Below are positions 9,497 to 18,004 of a stretch of 64,000 nucleotides of DNA, one piece after another. Origin of the DNA: an uncultured delta proteobacterium (GTDB lineage: Bacteria > Desulfobacterota > RBG-13-43-22); contig CAWJJC010000027.1 in the NCBI GenBank assembly GCA_963843145.1, positions 128,001 to 192,000 on the forward strand, read 5' to 3'. The notes under the pieces were generated by a model that did no database searches, had not been told where the DNA came from, and saw nothing but the letters and a program-made list of their open reading frames with translations. The translations under genes were made by a program, and so were the position numbers. Each line of letters begins with the position of its first letter. Within the stretch, counting starts at the first letter, position 1.

Positions 9497-9975
9497 GCAT
9501 AAGCGCAGATCGCCAGCGGCTTCGGCGAACCTTTTTTCTATGGCTTGGCCTGATCACGGTCTTGCCGTTTCCCGGCGAGCTCGCCCAGGCCGCTTCGGTC
9601 ACCGTCCAGATGAGTAACCCGTCCTGTGTTCAGGTCCTCCCGGCGGACGGGACGTGTTCGATTCAGGTGGGCAACGTGATTGCCTCCGGCAGCGACCAAA
9701 CCTTTTCGCGGCTCGAAGTCCTGATGAACGGCAAGTTGCGAATTTACATGGGCGGCTTCTTTGAAGCGTCAGCCGATCTCACCCACTCTATGGTGCCGGG
9801 CGGCCTGTCCGTTGCCTGCGGCAGGCCAAACGATGGTGGGTTGGCCAACTACGGCAGGTCGTATTTATTAACGGCGAACGCCTATATGGGGGATGGTACT
9901 TCGGCTTCCTCTTCCACGACTGTTTTCTGCCCGGCTTACGATGGGAAGACCTTTCTTCCGTTAATTGAAAAATAG
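9445..9975 (+). CDS. Secreted hypothetical protein with 4 conserved Cys, paralog B, ends TFLPLIEK (true start uncertain)
   Basis: MSNP.C.Q..P....C.I.V...KLR...FFE...M.PGG..V.CG.PN.GG...YG..Y...CPAY shared with paralog A; RR + hydrophobic + AQA signal. Confidence 0.7.
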   Translation: MGPRRSIASKMPRLQSLSISADRQRLRRTFFLWLGLITVLPFPGELAQAASVTVQMSNPSCVQVLPADGTCSIQVGNVIASGSDQTFSRLEVLMNGKLRIYMGGFFEASADLTHSMVPGGLSVACGRPNDGGLANYGRSYLLTANAYMGDGTSASSSTTVFCPAYDGKTFLPLIEK

Positions 9976-10003
9976 AATAAAATTGGAAAGGGAGGGTTTT
10001 TTG

Positions 10004-10501
10004 ATGAATCCTGGAAGGAGTCTAATCGCCATTATCTTCGCCATCGTTATCGCCGGCGTGCCTGCAAACCTGACCTTTGCCGCCGACAACCAGGTCAAAG
10101 GCACACTGACTTACCGGACGTACTCGGTAACGCTCAAATACGCCTGGCTAGTGAAGGGTCCTAATGAGAGGGACCCGGGGAAGACGATTCGCCGCCTGAT
10201 CCTGTCCGCCGACGACATCGGCGCCAAATTGCAGGCCTGTGAGACCCTATCCTGCGCGAGCGGCCAGGTGACCGAGGGAATGACGGTGGACTTCGATGCT
10301 CCGCCACGTCTCGGCTACTGGTTGGCGCTGAACGGCCAAAAGGTCCAATATTCCTTCGGCGCTATGCCCGAGGCGTTCAAGGCGCGCGTAGACAAGGCCG
10401 AACATCTCGCCGGTAAACTGGCGTTCGACGACGTCGCGGCCGGCGGTCCGAAGGTAGACGTCGATTTCGACCTCACGCTATTCAAGGAATTCAAATTGTG
10501 A
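10004..10501 (+). CDS. Secreted hypothetical protein
   Basis: RBS GGAGGG before ATG 10004; signal peptide ending TFA; no family recognised. Confidence 0.65.
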   Translation: MNPGRSLIAIIFAIVIAGVPANLTFAADNQVKGTLTYRTYSVTLKYAWLVKGPNERDPGKTIRRLILSADDIGAKLQACETLSCASGQVTEGMTVDFDAPPRLGYWLALNGQKVQYSFGAMPEAFKARVDKAEHLAGKLAFDDVAAGGPKVDVDFDLTLFKEFKL

Positions 10502-10504
10502 TAT

Positions 10505-10650
10505 AGTCGTAGAAAGTCTCCAGACTTGTCATTGCGAAGAGTGAAGCGCTGAAGCAATCCCCAATAATTAGCTATTTACCAAGGTGGGGAGTACTTCCAC
10601 CGGATCAAGTCTGGGGTAGCAATGAAAGTTCTTGGACCTTTTCCGAAACC
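10505..10650. repeat. REP-like element family B, degenerate
   Basis: GTCATTGCGAAGAGTGAAGCGCTGAAGCAATCCCC...GCAATGA. Confidence 0.7.
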
Positions 10651-10677
10651 ATTAATCTTCAGAAAGGAGAAATCACC

Positions 10678-11088
10678 ATGCCGAAAATGACCAAGGAAAT
10701 GCAGGAGATGTTTAATCGGACCGGGATCAAACAACTGGCTACGGCTGACAAAAAGGGGGTCCCCAATGTAGTGCCGATCAGTTTCATGAAGATTTTGGAT
10801 GACGAAACCATCCTGGCCTCGGCGGTCTTCATGACCAAGACCTTCCAGAATCTGAAAGAGAATCCCGTTTGCGCCCTGTCGGTCTGGGAAGGCTTTACGG
10901 GGTATCAATTCAAGGGTGCGGTTACGGTTGCCACCAGCGGATCGGTTTTTGAGGAGACGCAGGCCTGGACCGAAGAAGAAGGCAAGAAACTGGGATTGCC
11001 GCTCAAATCCAAGGGGGCGGTGCTGATTAAGCTCACCGAAATTTACTCGATTTCTCCAGGCCCGGATGCGGGAAACAAAATCGCCTAG
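10678..11088 (+). CDS. Pyridoxamine 5'-phosphate oxidase-like FMN-binding protein
   Basis: LATADKKGVPNVVP, KTFQNLKENP, GYQFKG motifs. Confidence 0.85.
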   Translation: MPKMTKEMQEMFNRTGIKQLATADKKGVPNVVPISFMKILDDETILASAVFMTKTFQNLKENPVCALSVWEGFTGYQFKGAVTVATSGSVFEETQAWTEEEGKKLGLPLKSKGAVLIKLTEIYSISPGPDAGNKIA

Positions 11089-11169
11089 CAGGAAATTTTT
11101 CCTGCCATCGTTTCTAAATCCGTTTACCTTAAAGTAAGGAATATTATAGTAGTAATGAGAAAGAGGGAC

Positions 11170-11439
11170 ATGGCCACCCTGACCAGCAAGGGGCAGGTAA
11201 CCATCCCCAAAGTTGTACGGGATTCCCTGCAACTGCGGGCCGGCGACAAGGTAGAATTCGTCCTCTCCGACGAGAAAGAGGCCCTTTTCCGACCGATCAC
11301 CAAAAAAGTTGATGAGGTCTTCGGTCGACTATACCGCCAAGGCACAAATGCTGTTTCCGTTGAACAAATGGACGCCGGCCTTAAACGAAAGATGCGGGTT
11401 TTTCAGCCGGGTCCAATGAACAAGCGTCGACTATTTTAG
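11170..11439 (+). CDS. AbrB/MazE/SpoVT-family antitoxin-like DNA-binding protein (no cognate toxin downstream)
   Basis: ATLTSKGQVTIPKVVRDSLQLRAGDKVEF. Confidence 0.85.
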   Translation: MATLTSKGQVTIPKVVRDSLQLRAGDKVEFVLSDEKEALFRPITKKVDEVFGRLYRQGTNAVSVEQMDAGLKRKMRVFQPGPMNKRRLF

Positions 11440-11452
11440 TCCGGAAAATTTT

Positions 11453-11764
11453 TTATCTTTCAAATAGCGCTAAACTTAACAGACGGGCACTGTGTAGAAC
11501 GCGCAGGATAAGGACCCTGGAGCCATCGATTCTGAAAACAGTTCTGTACGGGCCATAGATAATATGACGATATTCCCTTCCTAATTCCGTTGATTCCGGT
11601 ATGACCGGGCATCGCAGAGGATATCGTTCCAGGGAATCGATTTGTCGTTCTAATTCACTCACCAATCTGTTGGCCGCCGCCTCGTTGTCCACCGCGATAT
11701 AGTGGAAGATTTCTCTCAGGTCAGATTCAGCGGTGGCAGTAATCTCAACGCGATACTTTGGCAT
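11453..11764 (-). CDS. RelE/ParE-family toxin
   Basis: YRVEITATAESDLREIFHYIA...YRTVFRI....LILRVLHSAR. Confidence 0.85.
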   Translation of the reverse strand: MPKYRVEITATAESDLREIFHYIAVDNEAAANRLVSELERQIDSLERYPLRCPVIPESTELGREYRHIIYGPYRTVFRIDGSRVLILRVLHSARLLSLALFER

Positions 11765-12030
11765 TCTTCCGGAACTCCTTCAGGAAATCCCGGGCCCCCC
11801 CGGGTACGACCTTCACGGATATCGACTTCCGCCTCAGCCAGCAAATTGCCCAGGTTTAGCGATTTCAATTTTCTTTCAAAAACTTCCACCTCCAATAAAA
11901 CGGCATCCGGCCGGCCATTCACGGTAACGATAATTGGACGGCCCGTCTGGTGCATTTGTCTAAAGATTTCATTGGTTTTCTTCTTAAGCTCGGAAACCGA
12001 CTTTATGTCTTCGGAAATACTCAAGGCCAT
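11716..12030 (-). CDS. Phd/YefM-family antitoxin (3' end probably frameshifted)
   Basis: DIKSVSELKKKTNEI...GRPIIVTVNGRPDAVLL; directly upstream of the toxin. Confidence 0.85.
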   Translation of the reverse strand: MALSISEDIKSVSELKKKTNEIFRQMHQTGRPIIVTVNGRPDAVLLEVEVFERKLKSLNLGNLLAEAEVDIREGRTRGGPGFPEGVPEECQSIALRLLPPLNLT

Positions 12031-12162
12031 GCCCCTTGGCCTCCTTTCTGATATTATATAAGATACTTAATATGATATCATTAGAAGGGCTAAAATAGAA
12101 GAAAAAAATCATCTAGGTCAGCTCATAAAAATGTATTATGATAAAGTCAGGAGGCTGGAACC

Positions 12163-13404
12163 ATGTCCAACGCCAAGCTGACCTTCTATGGGACCCATTG
12201 GTGTCCTGACTGCCGGCGCAGCCGACAGTTTCTGGGGGAGCAACAGATTCCCTATCAGTGGATCGATCTCGAGAAAAATCCGGAAGCCGAGCAACTGGTC
12301 ATCCAAATGAACCAGGGGAAACGCATTATCCCCACGATTGTCTTTAGCGACGGCTCCTTCCTGGCTGAGCCGAGCAATACGGAGCTGGCCGTCAAATTGG
12401 GGCTCAAGACCACGGCCAGCCGCCGCCACTACCAAGTCATCATTATCGGCGGCGGACCGGCTGGACTGACCGCGGCCTTGTACACGGCCCGGGAAGGGAT
12501 CGATACTCTGCTGATGGAATCGGCTTCCTTTGGCGGACAGATTGCCGCAACGGAACAACTGGACAACTTTCCGGGTTTCCCGGAGGGCATCATCGGTCTG
12601 GAACTGGCCGGACGCCTTCGTCAGCAGGCCCTCCGCTTCGGGGTGGAAATGCTGGAAACCCAGAAGGCGGTTGCCCTGCAACGCCGGGAGTTTTACCTGA
12701 CCATTCAAACCGGGGACGAACTGCTCTACACCGCGGAGGCTGTGCTGCTGGCCACCGGCGGTAACTACAAGCGGCTCAACGTCCCCGGAGAAGACCGGTA
12801 TCTGGGCGCCGGCGTCCATTTTTGTTCCACCTGCGACGGCCCTTTTTATAAGGGGAAAGCCGTCGCCGTGGTGGGAGGAGGAAACAGCGCCGCCCAGGAA
12901 AGTCTTTTCCTGACTCAGTTCGCCGATCGGGTGACGGTCCTGGTGCGGGGCGAGACCTTTAGGGCCAGCAAGATCCTTGAAGAAAAAGTGCTGAATCATC
13001 CCAAGATCGCCGTCCGCTGGCAAACCACGGTTCGGGAATTCGTCGGCCGGAAATCCAAACTGGAAAAGCTTAAGCTGATCAACACGGTCAGCGGGGTGGA
13101 GGAGGAAATGGCCGTGGACGGGGCCTTCATCTTCATCGGCCTGACGCCCCACACCGCCTTTCTACGGGATTCGGCCATCCGGCTCGATCCGGGCGGATTT
13201 GTGGTCACCGGTTACGATCTCCTGCACGGCGGCGACCGGCCCCCGGGCTATGAAAATCGGGATCCGCTGCTTCTGGAAACCAGCCTGCCCGGGGTCTTTG
13301 CTGCCGGCGATGTGCGCCGGGGCAGCACCAAGCAGGCCGCCAGCGCCGCCGGCGAAGGGGCCAGCGCCGCCCTGGAAATACGCGAACAACTCAAGATGAG
13401 GTAA
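12163..13404 (+). CDS. Thioredoxin reductase fused to N-terminal glutaredoxin/NrdH-like domain
   Basis: WCPDC domain; GGGPAGLTAA, CSTCDGPF, GGGNSA, GVFAAGDVR motifs. Confidence 0.9.
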   Translation: MSNAKLTFYGTHWCPDCRRSRQFLGEQQIPYQWIDLEKNPEAEQLVIQMNQGKRIIPTIVFSDGSFLAEPSNTELAVKLGLKTTASRRHYQVIIIGGGPAGLTAALYTAREGIDTLLMESASFGGQIAATEQLDNFPGFPEGIIGLELAGRLRQQALRFGVEMLETQKAVALQRREFYLTIQTGDELLYTAEAVLLATGGNYKRLNVPGEDRYLGAGVHFCSTCDGPFYKGKAVAVVGGGNSAAQESLFLTQFADRVTVLVRGETFRASKILEEKVLNHPKIAVRWQTTVREFVGRKSKLEKLKLINTVSGVEEEMAVDGAFIFIGLTPHTAFLRDSAIRLDPGGFVVTGYDLLHGGDRPPGYENRDPLLLETSLPGVFAAGDVRRGSTKQAASAAGEGASAALEIREQLKMR

Positions 13405-13413
13405 GGAAAACCC

Positions 13414-14085
13414 ATGACCGGAATCGCGGAAATAGTCCTTAGACTGCTCCTTGGAGCCATGTTGGGCGGAATTGTCGGCTTCGAACGCTATACCCACGGC
13501 CGGCCGGCCGGATTCAGGACGCATCTCATTGTCTGCCTGGCGTCCGTCCTGATTATGATTGTTTCGGTCGATTTTCAATACCTCACCAAACAAAATCCCA
13601 ACTATATACGAATCGATCCTTCTCGGATAGCCGCCGGGGCTATTACGGGAATAGGGTTTCTGGGCGCCGGCGTCATCATTAAGACGGGATTTATTGTCCA
13701 GGGCCTGACCACCGCCGCTTGCCTCTGGATCGTTTCCGCCATCGGCCTGTCCGTGGGCGTTGGCCTTTATCTCCCGGCTATTATTGCCACTTTTATTACG
13801 ATGGTGGCGCTCTATTTTCTGAGAGGAATTGAGCAGAAAATGGAAAAGAAAGTGTTTAAACAGGTCGGCATCACGACCGACAGCGACGATAAGGAGAAAA
13901 TAGTCGAAGCGACCTTAAAGGAGGCCAAGGCGGTGATCACCAATATTAATTATGAATACGCCCGCCCGGACGCAGTCTACAGTTACACTTTCACTATTTC
14001 AGTCGACGACCGGGAAGACCTCCGTGGATTACTTTCCAAACTTAGTTCAATTGCCGGGATCAGCCGGGTATCCATCAAGGGCTGA
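13414..14085 (+). CDS. mgtC: MgtC/SapB family membrane protein
   Basis: ER...GRPAGFRTH, DPSRIAA..TGIGFLGAGVI, GLTTAA. Confidence 0.85.
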   Translation: MTGIAEIVLRLLLGAMLGGIVGFERYTHGRPAGFRTHLIVCLASVLIMIVSVDFQYLTKQNPNYIRIDPSRIAAGAITGIGFLGAGVIIKTGFIVQGLTTAACLWIVSAIGLSVGVGLYLPAIIATFITMVALYFLRGIEQKMEKKVFKQVGITTDSDDKEKIVEATLKEAKAVITNINYEYARPDAVYSYTFTISVDDREDLRGLLSKLSSIAGISRVSIKG

Positions 14086-14124
14086 GTTTTAGGTGGACCA
14101 ATCGAGACCTCACCGCCGTGGAGG

Positions 14125-14518
14125 ATGACTATTATGCCATTCAAAGAGGGAACTGATGAAATTTTGGTTAAACCGGTGCCCGCGGATCCAGTCGAAGCCG
14201 CTTGCGGATCCATCGAAGGGGATTTCTCCCTAACCGCCGATCTGCTGGTTGAACGCCATAAGGATAAAAAAAGTGAATCCTTCGGTTATCCTCGACCGTT
14301 TCGCCCTGCTGGGTCAGTTCCCGATTAGTATTCTTCCGGTGGATGATCCCTTTGTCCGCGAAGCCGCCGAAATCAAGTCCGGACACCCCATCGCTTACGC
14401 CGACGCCTTCTGCACGGCCCTGGCCCAACGCCATCAGGGGCGGGTCTTGACCGGGGACCCGGAGTTCAAGACGGTAGAGAAATTAGTCGCCATCCAATGG
14501 CTGAAGGGCCGGAATTAA
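14125..14518 (+). pseudogene. Degraded AbrB-type antitoxin/VapC (PIN) toxin pair
   Basis: VKPVPADPVEAACG..DFSLTADLL (antitoxin C-term-like), then AAEIK....YADAF..ALA.....LTGDPEF (PIN C-terminal half); N-terminal parts missing. Confidence 0.65.
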
Positions 14519-14566
14519 GTTCAAAGGACTGATGGATATTTCAACCAATGCCGCGGCATTGATGCC

Positions 14567-15459
14567 GTTTCAATCCACGCCCCCGCGCGGGGGGCGACTG
14601 TTCTTGACAGGACGGTTTCAATCCACGCCCCCGCGCGGGGGGCGACCTACCGGATCCGGTGGCCTAGGCTGCCATTCAGTGTTTCAATCCACGCCCCCGC
14701 GCGGGGGGCGACTCAACTCGGCCGATCATAGCGCATGGCCGTATCACGGTGTTTCAATCCACGCCCCCGCGCGGGGGGCGACGTATCGGCCTGCATGTCC
14801 GGTATCGCTTGGCCGGTTGTTTCAATCCACGCCCCCGCGCGGGGGGCGACAGTCGGCAATCGGATCCGGTGACGTCTGGCTCGATAGTTTCAATCCACGC
14901 CCCCGCGCGGGGGGCGACCTGCAGCGTTGCTGAGCGTTGTGGCCATCAACTCTGACGTTTCAATCCACGCCCCCGCGCGGGGGGCGACATCTTGCAGCCG
15001 AGACAGTACCTCGGTTACGCTGAGGTTTCAATCCACGCCCCCGCGCGGGGGGCGACTTACATCAGCAGCGATGTAGACGTCTACATGATGTTTCAATCCA
15101 CGCCCCCGCGCGGGGGGCGACTGCAGCGCATTATCGCGTCCAGGCTCATGAGGTTTCAATCCACGCCCCCGCGCGGGGGGCGACTAGCGGCGCAGTACAG
15201 GCAGCAGATCAGCTACATGTTTCAATCCACGCCCCCGCGCGGGGGGCGACCCGCATGCCACGAGTGCGATCAATGCCGATGACGTGTTTCAATCCACGCC
15301 CCCGCGCGGGGGGCGACACCGGCGAGTATGAGTATCGCCGGCGCATGAGTTTGCAACGAAGTTTCAATCCACGCCCCCGCGCGGGGGGCGACCTCGATCT
15401 CATGCGGCCATCCCGTACGAGACTAGTGTTTCAATCCACGCCCCCGCGCGGGGGGCGAC
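14567..15459 (-). CRISPR. Type I-C CRISPR array, 14 identical 32-bp repeats, 13 spacers (16-43 nt)
   Basis: Repeat GTCGCCCCCCGCGCGGGGGCGTGGATTGAAAC on minus strand; + starts 14567,14615,14681,14751,14819,14887,14957,15025,15090,15153,15219,15286,15361,15428. Confidence 0.97.
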
Positions 15460-15691
15460 TGTTTACTTCCAACTTCTTTAAAACATTACATTTATCAACC
15501 CATTTTTGCGAACCCGTCTCCAGAACATCCTAATCGTATTAAATTTTCAAAGAGCCTTATTTGTAACTTACTGATATATAAAAACAAATCTCTTGCGCGA
15601 ACCGACTCTACGCAAACCATCCATAACTCATTGATAAATTTCCATAAGCTCCCATTCTCCTGGAACGGCAGCTTATGGTTCGCACTTGACT
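15460..15691 (-). promoter_or_regulatory. CRISPR leader with IHF-like sites
   Basis: AT-rich region between cas2 and first repeat; minus-strand TATCAATGAGTTA (15624-15636) and TATCAGTAAGTTA (15564-15576); GCGAACC motifs. Confidence 0.75.
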
Positions 15692-15982
15692 CTAAACCAC
15701 CAGCGGGTCTTCCAGATCATATCCTTTTTTGGCTCCCACGTGCTCCATCCGGCGTTTCCAGTTGGACCCCAGGAAATAGAATCGCAGGCTGTCCTGTTCC
15801 GGATTAATCTCTTTGATCAACCGGTCTCGAAAAAAGGCCCAGCGCGCGGGATCCACGGAGCATTCGAATACCGAATACTGCACCCGCTGGCCGTTATTTT
15901 TGCAGACCTTGGCCACCCGGGCCAACCGGCGCCGGCCTTCCGGCTCTATCGTGGAAACATCATAGCTGACAACGACCATCAT
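15692..15982 (-). CDS. cas2: CRISPR-associated endonuclease Cas2
   Basis: VVSYDV...RRLARVAKVC...GQRVQYSVFEC...DSLRFY. Confidence 0.95.
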   Translation of the reverse strand: MMVVVSYDVSTIEPEGRRRLARVAKVCKNNGQRVQYSVFECSVDPARWAFFRDRLIKEINPEQDSLRFYFLGSNWKRRMEHVGAKKGYDLEDPLVV

Positions 15983-16024
15983 AATCAGTCACCATTTCCG
16001 CTTGGGGCTGCGGCTATAGAGCTT

Positions 16025-16130
16025 TTTCACCGCCGAGTCGCTGAGTTCGCCGAGGAATTTTTTTCCTGAAATCGGGAGATACCGATTTCAGGAAACCTCA
16101 CGGCCTGCGGCACAGCCTTTATTTCTTTTG
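16025..16130. repeat. Palindromic intergenic element family C
   Basis: TTTCACCGCCGAG..GCCGAG + hairpin CTGAAATCGG..CCGATTTCAG + CCTGCGGC; related to 17228-17320 and 32578-32665. Confidence 0.6.
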
Positions 16131-16175
16131 CTTCCATCTCCCCTCTTCCCTCTTCCATCTTTTTATTGATTCCCT

Positions 16176-17208
16176 TTACTTCCATAAAAATGGCGGATAA
16201 CCATCCAGGTCACCGCGAATATGCCGCGCCAGGAGCATGGCCTGGAGATGAGGCAGCAGACCCATAGTAACCTTTTCTTCCAAGAAAGGATGGACGAGTT
16301 CATCCTGTTTCCTTTTCTGATAAGCCACCAGGACGGTTTTTCTGGTCTCGTCATCCATGAGCACCGCGCCATTTTCTTTAGTGGTGAAGCCTTTCTTCTG
16401 AACCTGGTTGAGATTAATCAAGGAAAGGGCCAGACGATCGGCAAAGACCGGCCGAAACTCCTCCATCAGGTCGAGGGCCAAACCCGGACGGCCCGGTCGA
16501 TCCCGGTGCAGAAACCCCACCGCCGGATCGAGCCCCACGCACTCCAGGGCGGAACGCACATCATGCATCAACAGAGTATAGAGAAACGACAACAGGCAAT
16601 TAACCCGGTCCAATGGCGGACGTCGGTTTCGCTCGGCAAAGGTAAAATCCCCCTTCTGGGAAAGGATCAGGTGATCGAAGACCCCAAAATAGGTATGGGC
16701 CGCCTCCCCCTCGATGCCGCGAAGCACATCGAGGGATGTGTCGCCTGATAACGCCTGAAGATTGTACTTTAAGCGCTCATAAGCCGACCGAACCTCATCC
16801 TCATTAACCTTCGCCGAATGATCCCGGAGCGTTCGGCCCAGGACCGATCGGCAATTGGCCACTTTACCGACGAGGATGGACCCGGCCATCCGGGCCGATT
16901 GAGCCTCATCGTCGGCCCAACGGTACTGCTGCCTCCTAAGGAGTACATTTCCGGAGACCGGCCCCTGAACCCGAGCCAAAAAACGGCCATGCTCTGAAAG
17001 GAAGCTGAGGCTCACCCCCTGCTCGGCGCAAAAACCCATCAGAAAAGGGCTGCAGGAAACCTGGCCGAAGCAGACGATCCCCCCGATGGTATGGATCGGG
17101 AGCTGCAGGAGGATCTCCTTCTCCGCTCTTGACCACCACAGTTTCCCCCTCCTTGGAGAGGTAGGCCCCCTGGGTGGTGACAAATAGGGTATTTAAGTGT
17201 TTTTTCAT
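16176..17208 (-). CDS. cas1: Type I-C Cas1 (frameshift near 17128)
   Basis: [26 protein letters not shown] then [46 protein letters not shown]. Confidence 0.93.
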
Positions 17209-17227
17209 GGCAACACCGTTTAAAAAC

Positions 17228-17320
17228 TTTTCACCGCAAAGGCGCGAAGGGCGCAAAGGGAATCATCTTCTGGAAAATCGAAGAAAGCCCGATTTTCCAG
17301 AAACCCCTCAACCTGCGGCG
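17228..17320. repeat. Palindromic intergenic element family C
   Basis: TTTCACCGCAAAGGCGCGAAGGGCGCAAAG + hairpin CTGGAAAATCG..CGATTTTCCAG + CCTGCGGC. Confidence 0.6.
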
Positions 17321-17361
17321 CTTCATTCGATTCAAATCTCATCACACGATGATTCGTCTTG

Positions 17362-18004
17362 TCAATCTTTCAGGTCCTTCAGCGCAGTCGAAAGATAACG
17401 TTTTATGTCCCTTTTCCGGCCTAAGGACTGGGGCAGGCAAACCTCGATCAGGGAACATTGTTTGCATTTTTTTCCATAAACGGCCGGCGGGGTTATTCCA
17501 GCATCCAGGAGTTTATGGACCCCGGCGGCCGTTTCTTCGGTTGTTTTCCTCAATTCCGGTGAAAAAACTACGTCATGGCGACGTCTGGTTTTTCCATAGA
17601 AAAGGGCGCCCTCCGGGACCTCGACGCCGATCATTTCCTCCAGGCACATGGCCTGGGCGCAAAGCTGGACCTCATCGCAATGGTCCGGCTTGGGCTTTCC
17701 CCGCTTGTACTCCACCGGAAAAGGCCTCCACCCGCCTCCAGGCTGCGGATGAAATTCCACCACGTCGGCCACCCCTACCAGCCCGAGCCGGAGAGAGCGC
17801 AACGAAAGGCCTCGCTCGATTCTCGCCCCGGCCCGGGTCTCCCCTTCCTGCTCGTGGACCCGCTCGTGCAGGATGCGGCCCTCAGCGGTCCAGCGATTTT
17901 CCTCCCACACCTGTTCGATATGAATCAAGGCGCACTGGCGCTCGCAGAAGGCAAAATGCTGCAAGGCCGAGAGCATGATCAGGTTGTCTTCGGTAGTAGC
18001 TCAT
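17362..18004 (-). CDS. cas4: Cas4 (in-frame from 17976; probable 5' frameshift)
   Basis: LSALQHFAFCERQCAL, ADVVEF, PVEYKRG, QLCAQAMCLEE, C..CSL..C Fe-S cysteines. Confidence 0.93.

Noticed and set aside
1-14518. Integron cassette array (co-oriented genes, TA modules)
   Set aside because: No convincing attC sites or integrase; intergenic palindromes are genome-wide REP families
14599-15427. Self-targeting spacers
   Set aside because: No match to the window noticed by eye; exhaustive alignment not possible
14532-15533. ORFs with repeated FQSTPPRGGR / FNPRPRAGGD peptides
   Set aside because: Translations of the CRISPR repeats
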